From positions 10,590-74,589 of the forward strand of contig JBDRNV010000005.1 of assembly GCA_043810695.1 (NCBI GenBank): a DNA stretch of 64,000 nt. Direction: 5' to 3'. The translations under genes and the position numbers were made by a program. The notes beneath the pieces were generated by a model. That model made no database searches, had not been told where the DNA came from, and saw only the letters and a list, made by a program, of their open reading frames with translations. The stretch comes from Nanobdellota archaeon (GTDB taxonomy: Archaea > Nanobdellota > Nanobdellia > Pacearchaeales > GW2011-AR1). Positions 41,848-51,647 of this stretch are shown piece after piece (the first letter of the stretch is position 1; each line of letters begins with the position of its first letter).

Positions 41848-42624
41848 ATGTCAAAAATAATCGTTATTACTTCTGGAAAAGGAGGGGTTGGAAAAACAAC
41901 CACTGCTATAAACCTAGCAGCTGCGATGAATTATTTTGGAAAAGATGTTCTTGTTATAGATGGGAATTTTTCTACACCAAATGTGGGTATTCATTTAAAT
42001 GCCCCTGAAGTTCCTATAAATCTAAATCATATTTTAAGAGGTGCAGCAGAACCTTTTGAGGCTGTTTATGAGCATGAATCAGGAATAAAAATTATGCCTT
42101 CATCTATTTCAATAAAAGAATCAAAAAGAGTAAAACCTGAAAGATTGAAAGAATTTAGAAATAATTTCAAAAAAATCTCTGATTATATAATTGTTGATTG
42201 TGCTGCAGGACTTGGAAGCGAGGCTTCCTGCGCAATAGAAACAGCAGATGAAATTCTTATAGTAACAAATCCAGAATTGCCTGCCATAACAGATGCTCTA
42301 AAAACAATAAAACTTGCAGAGAGTTTAAAAAAACCCGTAAAGGGAATTATTGTTACACGAGTCAAAAAAGATGATATAGAACTTTCTCCTGAAGTTGTAA
42401 AAGACATGCTTGAAATACCTATTCTTGGAATGATACCTGAAGATGATTCAATAAGGAAATCAATAAATGTAAAGAATATAGCAGTGCATATTTATCCAAG
42501 AAGCAAGGCGGCACGTGCTTATAAAGAAGTTGCGGCAAAAATGCTTGGTGTTGAATATGATTCTGACAAAGATAGTGATAGGTTACTAGATAGACTTTTT
42601 AATTGGTTAAAGCTGAAAAAATAA
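41848..42624 (+). CDS. minD: MinD/ParA family ATPase
   Basis: 'SGKGGVGKTT', 'VDCAAGLG', 'VTNPELPAITDA'. Confidence 0.9.
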   Translation: MSKIIVITSGKGGVGKTTTAINLAAAMNYFGKDVLVIDGNFSTPNVGIHLNAPEVPINLNHILRGAAEPFEAVYEHESGIKIMPSSISIKESKRVKPERLKEFRNNFKKISDYIIVDCAAGLGSEASCAIETADEILIVTNPELPAITDALKTIKLAESLKKPVKGIIVTRVKKDDIELSPEVVKDMLEIPILGMIPEDDSIRKSINVKNIAVHIYPRSKAARAYKEVAAKMLGVEYDSDKDSDRLLDRLFNWLKLKK

Positions 42625-42793
42625 TAATTATTAATTATAAAATATAAATATAATCAAATAAAATAACCTGATTGGTATTAAACAGAAAAATATATTAATA
42701 AAAATTAGATGTTGTTAACAGTAAATAACTTAAACTAATTATTAAAGTAATATAACATTAAAAATATCAATTTAATCTTCAAATTCAATAAAA

Positions 42794-43132
42794 ATGGAAA
42801 CAATAAAATTTTCAGACTGGCAAAAACTTGATTTAAGAACTGCAAAAATTCTAGAAGTTGAGCATGTTGAAGGAGCTGACAAACTTTATCAGCTTGAAAT
42901 AGATTTAGGAAAAGAACTAGGAAAAAGAACTCTTGTAGCAGGTTTAAAACCTTATTATAAACCAGAGCAATTAAAAAACAAAATATGCATAGTATTCACA
43001 AATCTTGAGCCAAAAATAATAAAGGGAATAGAAAGCCATGGTATGCTTCTTGCAGCAACAGATGAAAAAGAAAACAAAGTATGCCTTCTTCAACCAGATT
43101 CAAAGATAGAGTTGGGAAGTAAAATTAGATAA
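42794..43132 (+). CDS. stand-alone tRNA-binding OB protein (Trbp111/MetRS C-domain-like)
   Basis: 'DLRTAKI', 'ADKL', 'NLEPK..GIESHGMLLA'. Confidence 0.9.
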   Translation: METIKFSDWQKLDLRTAKILEVEHVEGADKLYQLEIDLGKELGKRTLVAGLKPYYKPEQLKNKICIVFTNLEPKIIKGIESHGMLLAATDEKENKVCLLQPDSKIELGSKIR

Positions 43133-43134
43133 GA

Positions 43135-43998
43135 TTAAGCTTCTCTTTTTATGCACAGCGCTGTGGCAGAAGGTGCTATATAACCACATCCAATATTTTG
43201 TTGATTTGAATCAATATTATATAGACATAATCCACCTGAACCATATATAGTTTGAGTATTTAAACACGCAGTATCTCCAGTTGTACCACTTGATGAAGCA
43301 CTATAAAGATTAAGAGCAGCTGTACCACCACCAACCCAGTTTCTCAATCTAAGTACACCTGAATTTGTACCTACTCCTTGTATTTCAAAAGCTAATGTAT
43401 CAGCCTTAATAACAGCTGGATCCCTATTAAAAGTGATTTTGCTAGCTGGTGTTGCTAGACCACTATCACCACCAATGATTACATCATTTCCTTGATATCT
43501 AATTGACCAAAGACTTTGACTAATAAATCCTGAATCATATCTTCTAATACCAATCTTTCCACCAAGCTGAGCTGGATTATTTAAAGTTAAAGGATCAGCA
43601 ACAATTTCTCCTAGCAAATGAAGTTTGTAGAGTGGATTAGTTGTTCCAATTCCAACATTTCCTGCTGTATCATAAAGTAAAGAATTTCCAACACTTGTTG
43701 CTCCTGTAAATTTTGTTAAATAATTTGTTGTACCTGTTCCGCTTATTCCACTTACACCCGAAACACTATTACAAGCCCAACCACTATCTGTCCATGTTAA
43801 AACCTGTCCTGCAGAACATCCGGAAGCAGGTGGTGCAAGTTCTCCAGTACTATGTCCAAAAACAGGGGGATTAGTAGTTCCGTAAGAATAAACACCTATT
43901 GCCAAAAGTATAAAAATAAAAACTCCAATTATCGTATAAGAAAGTCTATTTGAAATTTTCTTATTCAGAAATGAATTATTCTTTTTTTTATTCGCCAT
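43135..43998 (-). CDS. membrane-anchored surface protein with fibre-like repeats (paralog 1)
   Basis: TM, 'GQVLTW', 'GTTNYLTKFTG', 'NVGIGTTNP'. Confidence 0.75.
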   Translation of the reverse strand: MANKKKNNSFLNKKISNRLSYTIIGVFIFILLAIGVYSYGTTNPPVFGHSTGELAPPASGCSAGQVLTWTDSGWACNSVSGVSGISGTGTTNYLTKFTGATSVGNSLLYDTAGNVGIGTTNPLYKLHLLGEIVADPLTLNNPAQLGGKIGIRRYDSGFISQSLWSIRYQGNDVIIGGDSGLATPASKITFNRDPAVIKADTLAFEIQGVGTNSGVLRLRNWVGGGTAALNLYSASSSGTTGDTACLNTQTIYGSGGLCLYNIDSNQQNIGCGYIAPSATALCIKREA

Positions 43999-44139
43999 CT
44001 TCTTTATAATATATTTAATAATGAGGTATATTTAAAGATTTTGATTGCAGAATTTTTATATATTAAAAGATAAAAAATAAAAATTATTAATAGCAAAATT
44101 TCAAAAATGAAAATAATAGAAAAAAAATAAATTTTAAAA

Positions 44140-44865
44140 TTAAGGAAGATTAGTACAAGTAACACTAGTTAAATAACTATCAGTATTAGGATTTACAGCA
44201 AGTCGCTGGTACCTCCAAAAATTATCTATAATTTCTACACCATCTCTAAAGCTTTGCCCACTTATAACTGTATGAGAATTATAATGACCTCCTAAAGCCA
44301 AACAAACAAATTGAGCATTTTTAATAGCCTCATAAGCACTGATATATTTATCTTCCATATATCTATCTATATTATAAGAACTTACGCGAGGATCATTACA
44401 GATAAAAGAAGTTGAACCAAAAGATATCCCTCCTCTGCAATAAACAAGGCCATTAACAATTGTTCCAGAAGATGATATTATATATCCCCCAACAGATAAT
44501 TTTGTTCTAGGATTTGTTACTCCAATTCCTACATTTATTCCATTATCATAAATAATTGAATTCCCAACAGTACTTGCTCCTGTAAATTTTGTTAAATAAT
44601 TAGTTGTTCCGCCACCGCTAATATTTCCTGTTCCGCCACCAGAAACACTAGCACAACTCCACACACTTCCTGTCCATGTTAAAACCTGTCCGGCAACACA
44701 CCCACTTGGCTCCTCTATAGCACTTATGGGATGTCCTGGATTAGGAACAATTGCGTAAACTATAACAGCAACCAAGATTAAAGCAACTAAAGAAATTATT
44801 GTATAAGAAAGCCTGTTTGAAATTTTCTTATTCAAAAACAAATTCTTCTCTTTTTTGTTCACCAT
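44140..44865 (-). CDS. membrane-anchored surface protein with fibre-like repeats (paralog 2)
   Basis: same N-terminal modules as 43135-43998, unrelated C-terminus. Confidence 0.75.
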   Translation of the reverse strand: MVNKKEKNLFLNKKISNRLSYTIISLVALILVAVIVYAIVPNPGHPISAIEEPSGCVAGQVLTWTGSVWSCASVSGGGTGNISGGGTTNYLTKFTGASTVGNSIIYDNGINVGIGVTNPRTKLSVGGYIISSSGTIVNGLVYCRGGISFGSTSFICNDPRVSSYNIDRYMEDKYISAYEAIKNAQFVCLALGGHYNSHTVISGQSFRDGVEIIDNFWRYQRLAVNPNTDSYLTSVTCTNLP

Positions 44866-44924
44866 CTTCTTTGCAATATATTTAGTAATGAGATATATTT
44901 AAAGATTTTGATTGTAAGGGTTTT

Positions 44925-46382
44925 TTATATCTTCTCGAATAAAATCTCGCTTTTTTTAATTTTTTTTAATTGTAATGGTTTTTTTATATTTTCAAATTTT
45001 ATATTAAATCCAATATTTTTTGCTATTTTTTCGCTTGTTTCTGGAATAAAAGGCCAGAGTAAAATTGCAGCTGCTTTTATGCTGTCTGCAAGTTCATATA
45101 ATACTTTCTTATCTTTTGTTTCCCAGGGCTTTTCACTCTGCACATATTCGTTGCATATATCAATAAATGCAAAAATTTCATTAAGAGCTTTATCTAATTC
45201 ATAATTTTCTATATTTTGTTCTATTTTTTTCAAATTTAATTTTTTAAGCAATTTGTTTTCTGATTTTTCAATGCCATATTTTTCAGCCAGACTCGTTACC
45301 CTGCTTACAAGATTTCCTAATTTGTTTGCAAGTTCATTATTATGTCTTTCAATCAAAACTTTTTCTGAGAAATCTCCATCTTCTCCAAATACAAAATTCC
45401 TCAAAATGTAATATCTTACACTATCTGAAGGATATTTTTTGACTAATTCCAAGGGAGATATTACATTTCCTAATGATTTAGACATCTTTCTTCCTCCAAC
45501 TGTTAAGAATCCGTGAACAATAACTTCTTTAGGAAGTTCTACTCCTGCACTTAATAGCATCCCCGGCCATATTCCTGTATGAAATCTTAACATGTCTTTA
45601 CCGACAACATGTATGTCAACAGGCCAGTATTTTTTGTATTTTTTATTCGGAAATCCGATTCCTGTAAGATAGTTGCTCAATGCGTCTGGCCAGACGTACA
45701 TAGTCTGATTGTCATCCCCTGGAACAGGAATTCCCCAGGGAAGATGCCCCTTTTCCCTTGAGAAACTAACATCGGTTAAACCATTCCTAATTAAAGCAAG
45801 AAAATCGTTTTTCCAAGTTGAAGGGGTAATTTTTAGTTTGTTTTCTTTTATTAACTTCTTAATTTTATCTGAATATTTAGATAATCTAAAAAAATAATTT
45901 TCCTCAGAGATGTGTTGGATTTCTAAATTGTGGTGATCTGGACATTTTCCATTTATAAGTTCTTTTTCTGTGATAAATCTTTCGCAGCCAGAACAATATA
46001 CACCAGTATATTCTTTTTTGTAAATGTCTCCTCTTTTCTCAAGCCTTTTCCACATTTCCATAACACCTTGCCAGTGAACTTTCTTGTCTGTAGTTCGAAT
46101 AAAATAATTATTAGATATATTCAAAACATCGGTTAGTTCCCTAAACTTAGCAGAATTATTACCTACAAACTTTTGCGGATTTAATCCCTCTTTTTTAGCC
46201 GCTTGGTAATTTTTAACCCCATGTTCATCTGTGCCAGTCAAAAAGAAGACCTTTTTTCCAATAAGCCTATTCCATCTAGCTAAAACGTCAGCTATAACAA
46301 CCTCTAATGCAAAGCCTATATGTGGTGGAGCGTTTGCATAAGCAATTGTTGTGGTTATGTAAAAGGTCTTTTTATTTTTCAT
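44925..46382 (-). CDS. metG: methionyl-tRNA synthetase (lacks C-terminal tRNA-binding domain)
   Basis: 'YANAPPHIG', 'GTDEHG', 'GKDMLRFH', 'KMSKSLG'. Confidence 0.95.
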   Translation of the reverse strand: MKNKKTFYITTTIAYANAPPHIGFALEVVIADVLARWNRLIGKKVFFLTGTDEHGVKNYQAAKKEGLNPQKFVGNNSAKFRELTDVLNISNNYFIRTTDKKVHWQGVMEMWKRLEKRGDIYKKEYTGVYCSGCERFITEKELINGKCPDHHNLEIQHISEENYFFRLSKYSDKIKKLIKENKLKITPSTWKNDFLALIRNGLTDVSFSREKGHLPWGIPVPGDDNQTMYVWPDALSNYLTGIGFPNKKYKKYWPVDIHVVGKDMLRFHTGIWPGMLLSAGVELPKEVIVHGFLTVGGRKMSKSLGNVISPLELVKKYPSDSVRYYILRNFVFGEDGDFSEKVLIERHNNELANKLGNLVSRVTSLAEKYGIEKSENKLLKKLNLKKIEQNIENYELDKALNEIFAFIDICNEYVQSEKPWETKDKKVLYELADSIKAAAILLWPFIPETSEKIAKNIGFNIKFENIKKPLQLKKIKKSEILFEKI

Positions 46383-47505
46383 ATCTTAAAGTTGGTGCTC
46401 TGCTTTTTATTTCTTTCCAATATATTTTTCTCAGCCGTAATCAGGTCTTTATATCTCTTTTTATGTCTAATATAGGGTTTAAGAAATTTTAATAATTTAA
46501 GCAAATCTTCTTTATGATTAACAAATACCCCAAAACAATCTTTATTTTGTCTTATCATTCCGTAAAATCCTTGTCTGCTTACAATTCCAAATTTTGAATT
46601 AATTCCTAATTTACCCAGGTTTTTATGTACCTGAAAAAGGATATTTTTATCATAAGTCCTAATTCTAAATCGTGCTCTATTTTGTGAAATACCAATATTT
46701 CCCTCTGCGTCAGTATACCCTCCAAGGAAGGCCAAGAAAAAGTTTTTATTATAGAGTATCCATTCTGGTATTTTATCTTCTTTATTTATTAAAAAATTAA
46801 AAGATTTGTCTAAATTGCAATAGACATGATAAACTCCATTATAATCTTTAGCCTTAAAGTGTCCATACTTCCCATATATCCTCTTTATCAATTTATATTG
46901 GGCTATTTTTGTTGTATTGGAACTTATTAATACGGTAGAATTTTTATTAGTAGCTTTAACTTTTAAATCTCCCAATCGAAAACCAATCATATACGCTTTT
47001 AAGTCGCCATTTCCATTAAATCTTGCTTTTTTGTATTTTGTGTTTGCTTCAGATAAACTTTTTTTTTTATTTTATATTTTCTTAGTTTCTCAAAAACCGT
47101 TGTCTTGTTGGAATTGAATTTTTTAGCTATTTTTTGTGGCGATAGGTTTTCTTTTATATACAATTTATATAATTCTTCTTTTTTTATATTTAGAATATTC
47201 TTTTTTCTTGGCTCTATTCCGTTTTCTTTTAATTTATTATATGCTGTACAGTGGCTAATTCCTATTTTTTTGGCAGTGTCTGTGACAGAAAGCCCTTGTT
47301 TAACATATAGATCATATAGTTTGTCTTTTTGTATGTTTATTTTCTTTTTTGGAAATCTTGCTCTTATATTGTATTCTTTCAGTCTCTTCTGAATAACAGT
47401 AGGATCACAATTAAATTTTTGGGCTATTTGATAAGTAGATAATCGCCTCTCAACATATAAATTTTCAAGGGTTTTTTTACTAATAACTATCTTCTTAGTC
47501 ATCAT
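46379..47505 (-). pseudogene. HTH-repeat + LAGLIDADG endonuclease-like gene split by a frameshift at an A10 run
   Basis: three HTH-like repeats (46999-47505); LAGLIDADG helices 'AYMIGFRLGD' and 'AFLGGYTDAEG'; frames join at 47059-47068. Confidence 0.75.
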
Positions 47506-47632
47506 TTATATTAAAAAAGAATGTATTTAAATACGTGTCCTAATTTAAAAATAGTTAACATAATCAATCGCTGTTGTAACATAAAACTTGTTTGCCCTAA
47601 AGAGTAAAGAACAAGAAGATATAAAAAACTAT

Positions 47633-48118
47633 TTATGAGATTAATATTGTTCTTTGAGTTTGAGCTTTTGCTTTACCAAGTCTTTCAGAAACAGCAATAA
47701 TATGAGGATAAACTGCTGATGCCTCTCTTCTATCAAATCCTAAATCCATCATTACTCTGATATAGTCTTCTTCTCCTAATTTGAAATTTTCTTGCAGTCC
47801 ATAGATAAGATATTTGTTATTTCTTTTTCTTTTTTCTGCTATCATTTTTTCAAGAATGTCTCCATATTTAGGATATTTTTTTGTGAATGCATTTATCCCT
47901 TCTCTTAATGTTCTTGCTTTTTCTTCTTCTTTTTTCTCTGTTTTAGCAAAAACCCTTTCTCCTATTTCTTCCCCTTCTTTTAATAAATCAGAAATTTCTT
48001 TGGCTTTTTTATCCAATCTTCTCAAACCTTTTTCTCCTAAACTTTTTAGTGGTCTATAAAGTATATCAGAAGAAATCAACCATCTCACAAATTTCTCTAT
48101 TTCTGTTCTTTCTGGCAT
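47633..48118 (-). CDS. hypothetical protein
   Basis: 161-aa charged ORF. Confidence 0.7.
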   Translation of the reverse strand: MPERTEIEKFVRWLISSDILYRPLKSLGEKGLRRLDKKAKEISDLLKEGEEIGERVFAKTEKKEEEKARTLREGINAFTKKYPKYGDILEKMIAEKRKRNNKYLIYGLQENFKLGEEDYIRVMMDLGFDRREASAVYPHIIAVSERLGKAKAQTQRTILIS

Positions 48119-48201
48119 TTTTCTGTATATAAATTAAAATATATAAAGTTTATTATAATGAAAAATACATGCCCTATTAGTTAACCTTTTAATAAAACCA
48201 G

Positions 48202-48308
48202 GCACCAGTGGTTTAATGGTAGAACTCAAAATTCCCATGGCTGATGCAGCTGCGGCAGACATCCAACGGAAAAAGCTCGTGATCCGGGTTCAATTCCTGG
48301 CTGGTGCA
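48202..48308 (+). tRNA. tRNA-Gly(CCC) with 36-nt intron (48238-48273); anticodon stem mismatched, possibly pseudo
   Basis: acceptor GCACCAG/CTGGTGC-A, D arm, T arm with TTCAATT loop, TTCC/GGAA BHB helix; stem CAAAA vs GCTCG pairs poorly. Confidence 0.75.
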
Positions 48309-48366
48309 TTTCAAATCTCTATTTCACACCCCAGAAAATTATTTAAACAAGACAAATTTTTCCTTA

Positions 48367-49044
48367 ATGATGTTTAATAAAAAAAGATGTTCAAAATGCG
48401 GAGAAAAGATAAATAATAGTTATAACTTCTGTCCTTATTGTAGAAGTCAGTTAAAAGATTCTTCAAATTTTTTAGATGATGAAAATTGGGGGCTTCTTGG
48501 AAAAAATGACTTTATGCCTAATGAAGAAATAAGACTTCCAATGGGATTTAATGCTTTATTTAATTCACTTATTAAAAATCTGAATAATCAGTTCAAGGAA
48601 ATTGGTAATATAGAAGATAAACAAAAGAAAATAAAAATGAAAAAGGGTGGAATAGGAATAAGCATTTATACCTCTGGAAATAAACCTCCTGAAATAAAAG
48701 TTACATCCTTTGGAAATTCTCCTGAACTAAAAGAACAAGAAAAAAGCAGAGTAAAAGATCTAAAGCTTCCTGAATCAGAAGCTGGAAAATTTGCAGGCTT
48801 GCCAAAAAAAGAGCCTGAAACAAATATAAGAAGACTTTCAAATAAGGTTGTTTATGAGATAAACATGCCTGGTGTTAAATCAATAAAAGATGTTTCTATA
48901 ATTCAACTTGAGAACAGCATAGAGATAAAGGCTCTTGCAAAAAACAAAGTATTTTACAAGATAATTCCAATAAACCTGCCGATAAGAAATTATAATTTTT
49001 CTAAGCAAAAACTTGTTCTTGAACTTGATGAAAAAAGTGATTAA
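48367..49044 (+). CDS. Zn-ribbon + Hsp20-like domain protein
   Basis: 'CSKCG..YNFCPYC', C-terminal 'EPETNIRR..VYEINMPGV' alpha-crystallin-like; start moved to ATG 48367. Confidence 0.75.
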   Translation: MMFNKKRCSKCGEKINNSYNFCPYCRSQLKDSSNFLDDENWGLLGKNDFMPNEEIRLPMGFNALFNSLIKNLNNQFKEIGNIEDKQKKIKMKKGGIGISIYTSGNKPPEIKVTSFGNSPELKEQEKSRVKDLKLPESEAGKFAGLPKKEPETNIRRLSNKVVYEINMPGVKSIKDVSIIQLENSIEIKALAKNKVFYKIIPINLPIRNYNFSKQKLVLELDEKSD

Positions 49045-49083
49045 TAAAAACTTATAAATAGAGTATTTCTTTCAAATTTTAAT

Positions 49084-49157
49084 GAGCCCGTAGCTCAGCC
49101 TGGTAGAGCACTGCTCTGATAAGGCAGGGGTCCACGGTTCAAATCCGTGCGGGCTCA
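49084..49157 (+). tRNA. tRNA-Ile(GAT)
   Basis: GAGCCCG/CGGGCTC-A, anticodon arm CTGCT-CTGATAA-GGCAG, T loop TTCAAAT. Confidence 0.97.
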
Positions 49158-49217
49158 TTTTTTCTTAGTAGTGTGTAGTTTCATAAAGGTTAAAAGTCCT
49201 TTGCATCAAATAATATT

Positions 49218-51014
49218 ATGTGTGGGATCTTTGGGTATATTGGAGAAAGAGAGGCTGTTCCAATTCTTGTTAGAGGATTAAAAAGATTAGAATATCGTGG
49301 CTATGATAGTGCAGGTATATGTGTTTTAAATAAAGGAGAAGTTTATCTTATTAAAGGTAAAGGTAACATATCTGATATTTGTCAGCCTGAAAAATTTCAA
49401 GAAATAAAAGGCACTATAGGTATCGCACATACGAGGTGGGCTACTCACGGAGAACCAAATGAAATAAATGCTCATCCTCATAGAGATTGTAAAAAAGAAA
49501 TAATAATCATTCATAATGGAATAATAGAAAACTATGTCACATTAAAAAAAATTTTAGAAAAAGAAGGCCATAAATTTTTATCTGAAACTGATTCTGAAGT
49601 TTTGGCCCACCTAGTAGAAAAATTTTATTCCGGTAATTTGGAAAGCGCGGTGTCCAAAGCTTTGAAACTTATTGAAGGAACTTTTGGATTAGTCGTAATT
49701 CATAAAAATAATGAAGAGATAGTAGTGGCTAAAAGAAGTTCCCCTTTAATTCTGGGAATCGGAGATGGTGAAATTTTTATAGCTTCAGATGCAGCCCCGA
49801 TAATGGATTATACAAACAAAGTTGTTTATCTGGAAGATGATGATATTGCAATTATAAAAAAATCTGATTATTTTATTAAAAATCTAAAAAAAGAAATAAC
49901 CAGAGATGTCCATGAGATTAAATGGGCTATTGGTCAGATAGAGAAAAAAGGGTTCAAACATTTTATGTTAAAGGAGATATTTGAGCAACCAGAAGCTTTG
50001 GAGAATGTTTTAAGAGGCAGAATAAAGAAAGATCTTATAAAGTTGACCGTAGATGTTAATGTAAATAATATAAATAGAATTATAATCACTGCTTGCGGAA
50101 CAAGCTGGCATTCTGCATTGATAGGTAAATATTTAATTGAGAAAATTTCCAAAATTCCTGTGGAGGTTGATTATGCTTCTGAATTTAGATATAGAAATCC
50201 TATTCTTAATGAAAAGGATCTATTAATAGTTGTTTCTCAATCGGGAGAAACTGCAGACACCCTTGCGGCTTTAAAAGAAGCTAAATCTAAAAATGTAAAA
50301 ATTCTTGGTATTGTAAATGTTGTAGGTTCTACAATCTCTAGAGAGGTAGATTCTGGAATATATTTACATGCAGGACCCGAAATAGGTGTTGCAAGTACAA
50401 AGGCATTTACTTCACAAGTAATGGCTCTCCTACTTTTTGCTTTGTTTATTAGGCAGAGAAAAGGATTAGAATTAGATAAAAAGCTTTTGAAAGAAATTTC
50501 TTCTTTGTCTGGAAAATTAAGAGAGGTTTTGGATAAATCTGGAGAAATAAAAGAGATAGCAGAGATCTTTAAATCAAGTAGTAATTTTCTTTATTTAGGA
50601 AGAGGAATAAATTTTCCTGTAGCTCTTGAAGGAGCCTTAAAATTAAAGGAAATTTCTTATATTCATGCAGAGGGTTATCCTGCGGCAGAGATGAAGCATG
50701 GGCCAATCGCTCTAATAGACGAGAATATGCCTATAGTTTTTTTGGCAACTAACGGAACTGTTTTTGAAAAGGTTTTAAGTAATATGGAAGAAGTAAGGGC
50801 AAGAGGAGGAAAAATAATAACAATAACAGATAGAGATGACCAAACTATTAAAAGATTATCTAATTATATCATAAAAGTCCCCAGAACCGTGGAAGAGATT
50901 TCTCCAATAATAAACTCAATTCCTCTTCAGCTTCTGGCTTATCATATTGCTGATTTAAAAAAATTAGATGTGGACAGGCCGCGTAATCTGGCAAAATCTG
51001 TTACAGTTGAGTAA
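49218..51014 (+). CDS. glmS: glutamine--fructose-6-phosphate aminotransferase
   Basis: 'MCGI', 'LEYRGYDSAG', 'HTRWATHG', 'SQSGETAD', 'PRNLAKSVTVE'. Confidence 0.98.
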   Translation: MCGIFGYIGEREAVPILVRGLKRLEYRGYDSAGICVLNKGEVYLIKGKGNISDICQPEKFQEIKGTIGIAHTRWATHGEPNEINAHPHRDCKKEIIIIHNGIIENYVTLKKILEKEGHKFLSETDSEVLAHLVEKFYSGNLESAVSKALKLIEGTFGLVVIHKNNEEIVVAKRSSPLILGIGDGEIFIASDAAPIMDYTNKVVYLEDDDIAIIKKSDYFIKNLKKEITRDVHEIKWAIGQIEKKGFKHFMLKEIFEQPEALENVLRGRIKKDLIKLTVDVNVNNINRIIITACGTSWHSALIGKYLIEKISKIPVEVDYASEFRYRNPILNEKDLLIVVSQSGETADTLAALKEAKSKNVKILGIVNVVGSTISREVDSGIYLHAGPEIGVASTKAFTSQVMALLLFALFIRQRKGLELDKKLLKEISSLSGKLREVLDKSGEIKEIAEIFKSSSNFLYLGRGINFPVALEGALKLKEISYIHAEGYPAAEMKHGPIALIDENMPIVFLATNGTVFEKVLSNMEEVRARGGKIITITDRDDQTIKRLSNYIIKVPRTVEEISPIINSIPLQLLAYHIADLKKLDVDRPRNLAKSVTVE

Positions 51015-51091
51015 TCACTCTATCGAATCAATCTATTTTATAAGTTTTGCGAAACCCCAAATTTTAAAAACCAATTTTTTCTCAATAGATT

Positions 51092-51604
51092 ATGACAAAA
51101 GGACTTTATCATTATATAAGAGAAGCCTGGAAAAAACCAAATTTAAAAGTTCTACGAGAAAGAATGATATCTTGGAGAGCCTCTGAAGCTGTAACAAAAG
51201 TAGACAAACCTTTAAGAATTGATAGGGCTCGTGTTTTAGGTTATAAAGATAAAAAAGGATTTGTAGTTGTTCGTGTTCGTGTGGTAAGAGGAGGACACAA
51301 AAGACCTCGTCCGAATAAAGGTAGAAGAAGCAAAAGGCTTCACACAAGAAAAAATTTAAAGATGAATTATCAGTGGATTGCAGAACAGAGGGCTGCAAGA
51401 AAATATAGAAATCTTGAAGTTTTGAATTCTTATCTTCTTGGCAAAGATGGAGTACATTATTTCTATGAAGTTATTCTTGTTGATCCTGAAAGACCAGAGA
51501 TAAAAAATGATTCAAGGATAAATTGGATTGCAAAACCAGAGAATAGAGGCAGGGTTTTCCATGGTTTAACAAGCGCTGGCAAGAAAGCTAGAGGATTAAG
51601 ATAA
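51092..51604 (+). CDS. rpl15e: 50S ribosomal protein L15e
   Basis: 'RARVLGYK', 'LEVLNSY', 'YEVILVDP', 'GLTSAG'. Confidence 0.96.
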   Translation: MTKGLYHYIREAWKKPNLKVLRERMISWRASEAVTKVDKPLRIDRARVLGYKDKKGFVVVRVRVVRGGHKRPRPNKGRRSKRLHTRKNLKMNYQWIAEQRAARKYRNLEVLNSYLLGKDGVHYFYEVILVDPERPEIKNDSRINWIAKPENRGRVFHGLTSAGKKARGLR

Positions 51605-51647
51605 ACAAACTTAAAAACATCTGATTCTTTTGTATAAAAAAGAGAAC

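Noticed and set aside
42625..42793. AT-rich intergenic tract as replication origin
   Set aside because: No ORB-like repeats and no adjacent cdc6/orc1.
48202..48308. tRNA-Trp(CCA) reading of the intron-containing tRNA
   Set aside because: Would put C at position 33 and break the BHB register; Gly(CCC) fits U33, A37 and the acceptor stem.
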